Shown: positions 32,662 to 41,061 of the stretch, in pieces
Position numbering within the stretch: position 1 is the stretch's first letter
How the letters are laid out: the number at the start of each line of letters is the position of its first letter
Origin: Elusimicrobiota bacterium
GTDB lineage: Bacteria; Elusimicrobiota; Elusimicrobia; UBA1565; UBA9628
Assembly (NCBI GenBank): GCA_038211115.1
Contig: JBBQVX010000003.1
Span: forward strand, 2,376 to 66,375
Direction of reading: 5' to 3'
Length of the DNA stretch: 64,000 nt
Translations under genes and position numbers: made by a program
The notes under the pieces: model-generated
Databases searched by the model: none
What the model saw: only the letters and a program-made list of their open reading frames with translations
What the model was told of the DNA's origin: nothing

Positions 32662-33888
32662 ATGATCTGCCGCATGTGCCGCAGCGAGAACCTGTATCAG
32701 TTCCTCGATCTGGGCTTTATGCCCCCGGCCGACGAATTCCTGCGCAAGGAGCAGCTGCGCTATCCGCGGGCCTACTATCCGCTCGACGTCCTGATGTGCC
32801 GCGCGTGCGGCCTGAGCCAGCTCGGCTACGTCGTCTCGCCCGAGATCCTGTACCGGCACGACTACCCTTATGAGGCGTCCACGACGCGCACGGGGCGCGA
32901 GCATTTCGCGAAGTTCGCGGCCCAGGCCGTCGCGCGGTTCGGCCTCGGCGCGAAGGACCTCGTCATCGACGTGGGCTCGAATGTCGGAGTATTGCTCAGC
33001 AATTTCAAATCCAACGGCACGCGCATCCTCGGCATCGACCCGGCGGCGAATATCGTCCGCATCGCCGAGAAGAACGGCATCCCGACCCTCAACGAGTTGT
33101 TCAGCGCGGATCTCGCCGCCAAGATCCGCGGGCAGCACGGCCGCGCGTCGATGGTCACGGCCTCGAACTGCTTCGCGCACGTCAACGACCTCGTCGATTT
33201 CGTGAGGGCGCTCGACGTGCTGCTGACGCCCGAGGGCGTGTTCGTCATGGAGGCGCCGCACTTCCAGACGCTGATCGAGAACCTCGAGTACGACACGATC
33301 TACCACGAGCACCTGTCGTACCTGTCGCTGAAGCCGATGATCCCGTTCTTCAAGAAGCACGGCCTCGAGGTGTTCGACGTCGAGAAGCAGAACATTCACG
33401 GCGGCTCGTTCCGGGTGTTCGTCGGCCGCCCCGGCAAGCACAAAATCGAGGCGCGCGTAGCACAGGTGCTCAAGGGCGAGGCCAAATCCGGCCTGCATTC
33501 CGAGAAGGTCCTCAGGAAGTTCGCTCAGGACGTCGAGCGCAACCGCGCCGAGCTGCTCTGGCTGCTGCGCGACCTCAAGCACAAGGGCAAGAGCATCGTC
33601 GCCGTATCGGCGCCCGCGAAGGGCATGACCTTGCTGAACTACTGCAAGATCGGCTCGGAGACGCTCGACTTCGTCACCGAGAAGTCGACGCTCAAGATCG
33701 ACCGTTTCACCCCCGGCTCCCATATCCCCGTGCTTCCGGACTCCGAGCTGCTCAAGCGCAAGCCCGACTACGCGCTGCTGCTCGCCTGGAACTTCGCGCC
33801 CGAGATCATGGCCAACCTGAAGGAGTACGTGAAAAAAGGCGGCCGCTTCATCATCCCGATCCCGCGCCCGCGCGTCGTGAAGCCGTGA
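32662..33888 (+). CDS. NDP-sugar C-methyltransferase family (TylCIII-like; N-terminal Zn-ribbon + methyltransferase + C-methyltransferase C-terminal domain)
   Basis: CRMCRS...CRACGLSQL zinc-binding pair, VIDVGSNVG, ASNCFAHV, YDTIYHEHLSYLS, NIHGGSFRV. Confidence 0.8.
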   Translation: MICRMCRSENLYQFLDLGFMPPADEFLRKEQLRYPRAYYPLDVLMCRACGLSQLGYVVSPEILYRHDYPYEASTTRTGREHFAKFAAQAVARFGLGAKDLVIDVGSNVGVLLSNFKSNGTRILGIDPAANIVRIAEKNGIPTLNELFSADLAAKIRGQHGRASMVTASNCFAHVNDLVDFVRALDVLLTPEGVFVMEAPHFQTLIENLEYDTIYHEHLSYLSLKPMIPFFKKHGLEVFDVEKQNIHGGSFRVFVGRPGKHKIEARVAQVLKGEAKSGLHSEKVLRKFAQDVERNRAELLWLLRDLKHKGKSIVAVSAPAKGMTLLNYCKIGSETLDFVTEKSTLKIDRFTPGSHIPVLPDSELLKRKPDYALLLAWNFAPEIMANLKEYVKKGGRFIIPIPRPRVVKP

Positions 33889-34280
33889 AGTTCTTCCGGC
33901 GCAAGGCGGCCTTCACGGATGCCCGCGGCGCGATCACCGACATCCTCGACGGCGTCCCGCTCAACGCGGTGACGATCATCACGAACAAGAAGGGCGCCGT
34001 CCGCGCGAACCACTACCACAAGAAGACGATCCAGTACACCTACGTGCTGACGGGTCGCGTGAGATACGTGTCCAAGAGCAAGGCCGGCCGCACGACCAGG
34101 ATTCTGCTGCCCGGCGACCTCGCCGTCAGCCCGCCCAACGAGTCGCACGCGACGGAGGCCCTCACCGACGCGACGTTTCTGGCACTCGCGCACGGCCTGC
34201 GCCACGGCCGCGACTACGAGAAGGACACCTTCCGTCTCTCCGATCCGCTGATCAAGCCCAAGAAAGTCTCCCGGAAATGA
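33885..34280 (+). CDS. Cupin-fold sugar-nucleotide isomerase/epimerase-like protein (WxcM/FdtA-like)
   Basis: 131 aa. RANHYHKKT..YVLTGRV...PPNESHA cupin motifs. 4-bp overlaps with both neighbouring genes. Confidence 0.6.
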   Translation: MKFFRRKAAFTDARGAITDILDGVPLNAVTIITNKKGAVRANHYHKKTIQYTYVLTGRVRYVSKSKAGRTTRILLPGDLAVSPPNESHATEALTDATFLALAHGLRHGRDYEKDTFRLSDPLIKPKKVSRK

Positions 34281-34960
34281 CGCCGGAACTGACGATCCTG
34301 ACTTTGACGCTCAACGAGGCGGGCGCGCTCGGGGAGTTCTTGAGCCAGCTCGGCCCCGCGATCAAGCCCGTCGAGCCCAACTACGAGGTCCTGATCATCG
34401 ACGGCGGCTCGACCGACGGGACCGTCGAGATCGCGGAGAAGGCGGGCGTGCGCGTCGTCCGGCAGAGCGGCCCCGGCTACGGCAACGCGTACCGGGAAGG
34501 CATCGCCCTCGCGAAGGGGAAGTACATCCTCGCCCTCGACGCGGACTCCTCGCACCCGAAATACCTGTTCGGAAAGTTCTGGTCCGAGCGCGAGAAGTAC
34601 TCCGTCGTCATGGGCTCGCGCTATCTGCCCGGCGCGGGGGACACCCGCCCGTGGGGCCGGCGCCTGCTCAGCCAGATCCTCAACGCGGTGTATCGCACCG
34701 TACTCGTGTGCCCGCTCACCGACATTTCCGGCGGCTTCCGGCTGTACAAGACGGCGGACGTCCAGGCGGTCGTCAGCGAGGGCCCGTATTACGACGTCGT
34801 CGCGGAGATCATCGTCCTGCTGTGGGGCGGCGGCAAGAAGGTCCTCGAGCTCCCCTATCTGTACGTGCCGCGCGAGCAGGGCGAGTCGAAGGCGCGCATC
34901 TTCAAATTCGGCATGAGCTATCTGCACACGCTCTTCAGGCTGTGGCGGCGGTTCAAGTAG
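34277..34960 (+). CDS. GT2 glycosyltransferase, polyprenyl-phosphate sugar synthase-like (Dpm1/Ppm1-like)
   Basis: ILTLTLNEA, VLIIDGGSTDGT, LALDADSSHP (DxD-type), GGFRLY. Confidence 0.8.
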   Translation: MTPELTILTLTLNEAGALGEFLSQLGPAIKPVEPNYEVLIIDGGSTDGTVEIAEKAGVRVVRQSGPGYGNAYREGIALAKGKYILALDADSSHPKYLFGKFWSEREKYSVVMGSRYLPGAGDTRPWGRRLLSQILNAVYRTVLVCPLTDISGGFRLYKTADVQAVVSEGPYYDVVAEIIVLLWGGGKKVLELPYLYVPREQGESKARIFKFGMSYLHTLFRLWRRFK

Positions 34961-36732
34961 CGCGCCGCGCGCTCGCGCCGGGGCTCGTTCTGCTCGGCCT
35001 GACGCTCGGGCTGTGGGGCATCCGCTGGGGCCTGCCCGGGCCGGAGCGGCTCTCGCGCGTGATGCCGCCGGGGCTCGACGGCCCCGCCTTCCAGCAGGAG
35101 CTCGCGAGCTCGTGGTCCAAGATGCACGAGAGCCTCGGCGAGAACCTGATGGTCAACCCGAAGTCCTTCGGCAGCTTCACCGGCGTCGTCGAGACCCCGG
35201 CCGGCTGGAAGACGCCGCCGCCGGAGCTGCTCAACTCCTACCGCTCGTTCTACGTCCGCTCCGAGCACGAGGACGAGCAGACGATGCTGCTGGCACTCTC
35301 GCGCATGAAGCCGAAGAAGCTGCAGTTCAATCCGCACCTGTTCACGTACGGCGCGCTGCACATCTATGCGGTGGGGGCCGCGCTCGGGCTCGGGGCGCTG
35401 CTCGGGCTCGTGACGTTGAAAGGCTCGATCCTGTTCTACCTCGCCGACCCCTCGAAGATGGCCGCGATGTATCTGGCGGGCCGCCTGCTGACCGTCGCCT
35501 CCTACGTCGGCTGCGGCCTGATGCTGCTGCGCCTCGGCCGCCGCCGCGTCGGCCTCGAGGCCGGCGCCTACGCCGCCGCCATCTTCCTGATGACGCCGGC
35601 GGCGGTCGTCCAGGCGCACGTGCTCAAGGCGCACGCTTTCTGGGCCTTCTTCGCGCTGTGGACGCTCGACCGTTGCGCTCACGTGCTCGAGCGCGGCTCC
35701 CGGAAGGACTACGCGGCGGCCGGCGCGGTCGCGGGCCTCGCGACCGCGGCCTTCCTCGGCGCGTGGCCCGCCTGCGTCGTCGTCGGCGCGGCGGGAGCGA
35801 TGCGCCTGCTCGGCCTTCACGAGCCCCGCGGCCGCCCGCGCAAGCCGCTACCGGAAATCCAGGGGCTGGTCTTGGCCGGCATCTGCGCCGGGGCGGTGTT
35901 TCTGCTCATCAGCCCGTACTGGATCCTCGACCATGCCGAGGCGATGCAGGAGATGAAGGTGCTGAGCACCTTCAGCGCCTTCGATCTGGCGCATCCGCTC
36001 ACGTTCGTCCTCAACGCGCTGCGCCGCTCGGTCACCGATCCGGTCCTCGTCTTGATGCTCGGCGGCGCGGTCTTCGCCCTGCTCAAGGGCCGCCGCGAGC
36101 CGGTGCTTCTGCTGTGCGCGCTCGCCTTCCTGATCGCGCTCGCGTCCACGGCGACGGTCGGCGGCGTGATCTCGACGCGACAGGTCCGCTACTTCCTCGG
36201 CTGGGTCGCGGTCGGCTCCTTGCTCGCGGGGCGCCTCCTGCAGGAGCTGCGCGCCCTGAAAGGCCCCGCCGGGCGCTTCGGGACGGCGACCGCCGTGATC
36301 GTCCTGGCGGGTCTCGCGTGCCAGGGCCTCGCCTACGCGCACAACTTCAGCCTCGGCGCGGGCGAGCGCTCCACGCACATGCAGGCCGGCGAGTGGATCG
36401 AGAAGAACGTGCCTCAAGGCGCGCAGATCGGCCTCCTGCGTTATCCCCAGCCGTCGAACAGCCCGTTCTTCCGCTACGACCGCTACCGGCTCGAGTTCAT
36501 CGAGCCCGGTCTCGCGGCCTCCTTGCCGCCGGGGAAGCTGCCGGGTTGGCTCGCGCTGACGATTCCGGATTACGACGACCGCCCGGCGCTCGGTCCGGTG
36601 CTGCCTTACTACGAGCTCGTCGCGTCATTCCCGCGCGGAAAGCTGTTCCCGTGGATCGAGATCGATCCGACCTCGACGACGGCGAACCCGTTGATCGAAA
36701 TATACCGGCGCAAACCGGCGGGGGGCTCATGA
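34942..36732 (+). CDS. Polytopic GT-C-like membrane protein (putative glycosyltransferase)
   Basis: The 5' part of track ORF 34651..36732 overlaps the GT2 gene. The plausible start is GTG 34942 (VAAVQVARRALAPGLVLLGLTLGLWGIRWGLPG). Many TM segments plus a soluble C-terminal domain. Confidence 0.6.
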   Translation: MAAVQVARRALAPGLVLLGLTLGLWGIRWGLPGPERLSRVMPPGLDGPAFQQELASSWSKMHESLGENLMVNPKSFGSFTGVVETPAGWKTPPPELLNSYRSFYVRSEHEDEQTMLLALSRMKPKKLQFNPHLFTYGALHIYAVGAALGLGALLGLVTLKGSILFYLADPSKMAAMYLAGRLLTVASYVGCGLMLLRLGRRRVGLEAGAYAAAIFLMTPAAVVQAHVLKAHAFWAFFALWTLDRCAHVLERGSRKDYAAAGAVAGLATAAFLGAWPACVVVGAAGAMRLLGLHEPRGRPRKPLPEIQGLVLAGICAGAVFLLISPYWILDHAEAMQEMKVLSTFSAFDLAHPLTFVLNALRRSVTDPVLVLMLGGAVFALLKGRREPVLLLCALAFLIALASTATVGGVISTRQVRYFLGWVAVGSLLAGRLLQELRALKGPAGRFGTATAVIVLAGLACQGLAYAHNFSLGAGERSTHMQAGEWIEKNVPQGAQIGLLRYPQPSNSPFFRYDRYRLEFIEPGLAASLPPGKLPGWLALTIPDYDDRPALGPVLPYYELVASFPRGKLFPWIEIDPTSTTANPLIEIYRRKPAGGS

Positions 36733-37958
36733 GCCGCCGGGAGATGGGGATCGGACTGTGTCTCGCCCTGGTCCTGCGCCTCGGCTTCACGATTCACGCC
36801 TACCACAAGGACGTGCAGCCGACGCCGACGGGCAAGTACGAGTACGAGCCGATCGCGCGCGGCCTGCTCGCCTCCGGCGTCTACAGCGACCCGCCCGGCG
36901 GCGTCCCGACCGCGCGGCGCGAGCCCGGCTACATCCTGTTCGTGGCGCTGATTTACAAGCTCTTCGCCTCGCACCGCATGTACGTCTTCCTCGCGCAGGT
37001 TCTACTGTCGACGATCACGGCCGCGATCCTCCATGACCTGACGAAGCGGCTGTTCTCGCCCGTCGCCGCCCGATTCGCGTTCTGGGCGTGCGTGTTTTAT
37101 CCGTACTTCATCTACTACGCGGGGTATTTCTTCCGAGAGGATTTGCTGGCGTTCATCCTGGTCCTCATGGTCTATGTTCTTGTCCGCTGGAAGGGCCCGT
37201 GGGCGGCGCTCGGAGCCGGGGCGCTCGCGGGCTGGCTGTGCCTCGCCAACGGGGCGTGGGCGCCGGGGTGTCTCTGGGCGGTGCTCGCTCTCTACGCGAC
37301 GGAAAAGAAGGGCATGAAGCTCAAGCGAAGCGCCGCGTTCGCGATTCCTTTGACGCTGATGATCGGAGCGTGGGCGGGGCGCAATTGGGTCGTGTTCCAC
37401 GAGGTGATCCCGTTCTCCTCCAACGTCGGCGGGGAAGTGTACCTCGGCATGACGATCCCGTACGAGGTGCTCGGCACCGACGAGCAGACGCGCCTTCTCA
37501 ACGCCGACCCGGTGTTCCTCGAGATCATGAAGAACGAGGGGGAGATCCCGAGGCATAAGGCCTACATGGCGGCTGCCAAGAGGTGGTCGCGCGACCACCC
37601 CGGCCTGTTCTTGGCCCGGATGGCCGAACATTCGATCAAGCTGTGGCGCCTCGTGCCGCACGATCGGGCCTACACGCACAGCTACCTCGTCGTGGCGCTC
37701 ACGGCCCTCGGCTCGGACGGCTGGCTCATCCCGCTGGCGCTGTTCGGGCTGTGGATCAAGCGCCGCGACGCGTGGGTGCGCTGGTTCTTCGTGCCCCTGA
37801 TCATCTCGGTCACCTGGTCCTTCTCGATCAGCCAGGCTCCGATCCGCTATCGCGTCCCGCTGATGATCATTGTGCTGATGCTGGCCGGCGCGGGATTTGA
37901 GGAAGCACTCCGCCGTGCAGGGAGAAAGTTCCCCAGGTTGGCAACTCCGAAGCCCTGA
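36729..37958 (+). CDS. GT-C glycosyltransferase, ArnT/PMT_2-like (family 39/83-like)
   Basis: The true start is ATG 36729 (ATGA overlap) within track ORF 35013..37958: MSRREMGIGLCLALVLRLGFTIHAYH...EPGYILFVALIYKLF. About 11 TM. Confidence 0.65.
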   Translation: MSRREMGIGLCLALVLRLGFTIHAYHKDVQPTPTGKYEYEPIARGLLASGVYSDPPGGVPTARREPGYILFVALIYKLFASHRMYVFLAQVLLSTITAAILHDLTKRLFSPVAARFAFWACVFYPYFIYYAGYFFREDLLAFILVLMVYVLVRWKGPWAALGAGALAGWLCLANGAWAPGCLWAVLALYATEKKGMKLKRSAAFAIPLTLMIGAWAGRNWVVFHEVIPFSSNVGGEVYLGMTIPYEVLGTDEQTRLLNADPVFLEIMKNEGEIPRHKAYMAAAKRWSRDHPGLFLARMAEHSIKLWRLVPHDRAYTHSYLVVALTALGSDGWLIPLALFGLWIKRRDAWVRWFFVPLIISVTWSFSISQAPIRYRVPLMIIVLMLAGAGFEEALRRAGRKFPRLATPKP

Positions 37959-40460
37959 GTGCAGAACTCAAAACCCAAGGTTCTTTTTTCAAACATAGTC
38001 GAACTTTGCTGGATTCCCATTGCTTGCTACCTGTATGGATTTGACCGGCTGGGTCGTTTCCCGGCTGCAACCTCCAAGCTCCCTTTAGCGCTGCTCTTCA
38101 CTCACGCCAATTCGGCGCTTCTTTTGCATTCCGTCGTCAGCGTATTCCTTTTGTTTCTTTTCTTTGGGGTCTCCGCGCTGAGCGGCAGATGGCTGCTCCG
38201 TCTGTTCCAATTTCAGTCTATCTCCATTTCCGAGGAAATAATCTTCGGTCTCGGTCTTGGATTGGGTTTCTTCTCACTCTCGGCCCTGGCGCTTGGATTG
38301 GTCGGGCGATTCGATCCCGTGCTGATTCGCAATATTTTTCTAATCATTGGGGCGGGAGTTGTCGCTGATTATATCCATCGGCCTTTTCCACAAGGCGCCA
38401 TCAAGAACGCGCTTCCCGAACTGCGAAGGCCCAGCTTCACGTCAGCGCTGGCGGGAGTAATGATCGCCGGACTCATACTAATCAACCTTGTCGGCGCCCT
38501 GGGGCCGGAGACCTTCTATGACGCGCTGGTCTACCATCTCGCGCTTCCCCAAGCTTATCTGCTCAAGCACGCTATTTTCCCGACCCCGCATAACGTTTTT
38601 TCTGGAGTCCCGTTCAATATAGAGATGTTGTACGGGCTCGGCTTGGCAATAGGCGGTGAAGGCCTGGCCAAACTCATTCCTTGGGGTATTAGCATCGCTA
38701 TTCTGGGTTTGATCGCTTTATGGGCTCGCCGTTTCGCCGATGCGAAGGTCGGCCTATTGGCAGCGCTATTTTTTTATTCCTGCCCCATGGTCAGCTCTGA
38801 AACGTGGTACGGCACCGTGGATTTGGGATGGTGCTTTTTTAGTTTTCTCACGATTTTCGCCTTGATCATCGGACTGGAGAACGCCGAAACTCCGAAAATA
38901 AACTGGATTGTCCTTGCTGGGATTTTTGCCGGCCTGACTATGGGCGTCAAGTACAACGCCTTTTCGATTCTAGCCGTCGCGCTGCTCTTGTTGTTCTTCA
39001 AGAGAATATGGGAACAAAAACAAAATTGGCGCAGAACAAAAACGGAATCAGGGCTCTTCGTTCTGGCGGCCCTGATCGTCGTTCTCCCCTGGCTTCTTAA
39101 GAACTTCTATTTCTATCGCAATCCGATCTTCCCGTTCTTTCACGAATTGTTCAATGCGCACTCCTCCGATGTCCCTGATTGGCGAGGCGTACTGCAGGAT
39201 GCGGGCAGAGAACTGCGGCCCGTATTCACCACGATGGCTGGCTTCGTCGATTTCCTTGCCGGTCCGTGGTCGCGATCATGGGACGTTCGAACGCTCGATT
39301 CCATCGGAGTCGCGTCCCTCGCATGCGTACCGGCGCTCTGTCTCGCGGACTGGAAAAAGTCGTCGCCATACCGTCTATTATTAGTCGCGCTTATGGTCGG
39401 CTTGGCGCTGGCGAGCCTCTCATCCCGTTTGCCTCGCTACCTTATTTTTGTTCTTCCTTTTTTAGCGATCGCGGTAGCGACGCCGCTGGCCTCCGAAAAA
39501 AGGGTTGGTGTCTTGAGCCGCGTCTTCCCCTTGGCGGTTATCTTGGCCTGCGGCATTAACTGCTGCCAAATCTTCAATTCCTGGTTCGAATTGGGCGGAT
39601 GGGTGGTCGTATCCGGTCAAAAAACGAAAGCCGAGTATCTGCAGAGGAGCCACCCCGGGTATCCTACGCCGTATTACGCCGCTGCAGAGTTCGTTAATCT
39701 GCTCCCCATGAATGTAAAAATTCTTTTTCTCGGAGAATCGCGGGGGTATTACTTCTTGCGGGATACCGTCTTGTGTTCAGTATTCATCTCTGATCCCTTT
39801 GTTGCCGCCGTCAACGGTGCATCCAGCCCGGAGCAGGTGCGCGATTATTTGCGGAACGCCGGCATTACTCACATCTTCATCAATTGGTGGGAGGTTATTC
39901 GAAAAGGCGGCGACGATTCCTTATTTTCGAAAAAAGGGCAAGTGACATTCGACGCATTTGCGAAAAAACACCTTCGCGTAGCATTCCGAAACGAGATCTT
40001 CGCTCCTGCCCCGGTGGATACGCGTCAATTTGTCGAGGTCTATGAACTTAAGAAGGAGCTGGAAAATCCGGAGCCGTCCGGAGTTCTCAGCTCTCCCAAG
40101 ACCGCGTTCGATTACGAAATGAACGGGCTCGAGCTGATGCGTCAAGAGCAGTACGCCCAAGCTGCGGGCTCTTTCCGTATCGCTGTCAAAATAAATCCAA
40201 ACGTCGCGACTTACCGGGCGAACCTCGGCGCTGCCCTAGTCTCTTTGGGAAAAATCGATGAAGCCATCGTCCAGTACCGTGCCGCGTTGCGTCTCGACCC
40301 CAAGAATGCGGCCTTTCACCGCAATTTTGGGGTAATACTTGCCAAGCAAGGGAAGTTGACCGAAGCAGTCAAGGAACTCCATGTTGCGCTGGCTCTAGAT
40401 CCAAATGATCAGCAGGCGCGCAACAATTTGGAGCTTACGCTGCAGTTGCAGAAGAAATAA
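37959..40460 (+). CDS. GT-C-like polytopic membrane protein with C-terminal TPR repeats
   Basis: 833 aa. GTG directly follows the previous stop. The C-terminus has ~4 TPR units (AQAAGSFRIAVKINPNVATYRANLGAALVSLGKIDEAIVQYRAALRLDPKNA...). Markedly lower GC than its neighbours. Confidence 0.7.
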   Translation: MQNSKPKVLFSNIVELCWIPIACYLYGFDRLGRFPAATSKLPLALLFTHANSALLLHSVVSVFLLFLFFGVSALSGRWLLRLFQFQSISISEEIIFGLGLGLGFFSLSALALGLVGRFDPVLIRNIFLIIGAGVVADYIHRPFPQGAIKNALPELRRPSFTSALAGVMIAGLILINLVGALGPETFYDALVYHLALPQAYLLKHAIFPTPHNVFSGVPFNIEMLYGLGLAIGGEGLAKLIPWGISIAILGLIALWARRFADAKVGLLAALFFYSCPMVSSETWYGTVDLGWCFFSFLTIFALIIGLENAETPKINWIVLAGIFAGLTMGVKYNAFSILAVALLLLFFKRIWEQKQNWRRTKTESGLFVLAALIVVLPWLLKNFYFYRNPIFPFFHELFNAHSSDVPDWRGVLQDAGRELRPVFTTMAGFVDFLAGPWSRSWDVRTLDSIGVASLACVPALCLADWKKSSPYRLLLVALMVGLALASLSSRLPRYLIFVLPFLAIAVATPLASEKRVGVLSRVFPLAVILACGINCCQIFNSWFELGGWVVVSGQKTKAEYLQRSHPGYPTPYYAAAEFVNLLPMNVKILFLGESRGYYFLRDTVLCSVFISDPFVAAVNGASSPEQVRDYLRNAGITHIFINWWEVIRKGGDDSLFSKKGQVTFDAFAKKHLRVAFRNEIFAPAPVDTRQFVEVYELKKELENPEPSGVLSSPKTAFDYEMNGLELMRQEQYAQAAGSFRIAVKINPNVATYRANLGAALVSLGKIDEAIVQYRAALRLDPKNAAFHRNFGVILAKQGKLTEAVKELHVALALDPNDQQARNNLELTLQLQKK

Positions 40461-40621
40461 ACGGCTAAATGAAGGGGAGTCCGCAAGCTTCCAGTCTGTA
40501 CTGCGAATAGAATCCGATGGCAGTTTGCTGTTGATCGATTAAAGCGGACCGTGTTGCGACGGAGTCGCCTGTGCGCTCATCCATGCCAGCGCAGAGAAGT
40601 CGATCATCGACGACAGTTCTC

Positions 40622-40650
40622 TTGACACCCATATTCGGTCCTGCTATCAT
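40622..40650 (+). promoter_or_regulatory. Sigma70 promoter of trxA (-35 TTGACA, 17 bp, -10 TATCAT)
   Basis: TTGACA at 40622-40627, TATCAT at 40645-40650, SD AGGAGA at 40675-40680, ATG at 40690. Confidence 0.65.
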
Positions 40651-40689
40651 GAGACGGTAGCCGACGTTCCTCCCAGGAGACTCCCTCAG

Positions 40690-41013
40690 ATGGCCGAAAT
40701 CCAGCTCACCGACGACACCTTCGACAAGGAAGTTCTCGAGTCCACCCAGCCCGTGCTGGTCGACTTCTGGGCTCCGTGGTGCGGTCCGTGTCGGATGCTG
40801 ACGCCCATCATCGAGGAGATCGCCAAGGAGTACGCGGGCAAGGTCAAGGTCGGCAAGCTCAACACCGACGAGCACCCCAACGCCCCGGGCCGCTTCCGCA
40901 TCTCGGCGATCCCCACGATTTTGTTCTTCAAGGGCGGAAAGATGGTCGAGCAGCGCGTCGGCGTGCAGTCCAAGGCCGACATCAAGAAGCTGCTCGACGG
41001 CCTTCTCGCTTAA
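40690..41013 (+). CDS. trxA: Thioredoxin
   Basis: 107 aa with the WAPWCGPC active site. Confidence 0.95.
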   Translation: MAEIQLTDDTFDKEVLESTQPVLVDFWAPWCGPCRMLTPIIEEIAKEYAGKVKVGKLNTDEHPNAPGRFRISAIPTILFFKGGKMVEQRVGVQSKADIKKLLDGLLA

Positions 41014-41061
41014 CAGCCGTTCCTTAAGAAGCCCAGCCGTCCTCTAACCGACCTCCGGTCG

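Noticed and set aside
40465-40621. Intergenic region after the low-GC island, scanned for a tRNA, ncRNA or integrase remnant.
   Set aside because: I found no cloverleaf-compatible arms, no conserved tRNA boxes and no recognisable protein fragment in any frame. The only supported signal is the trxA promoter at its 3' end.
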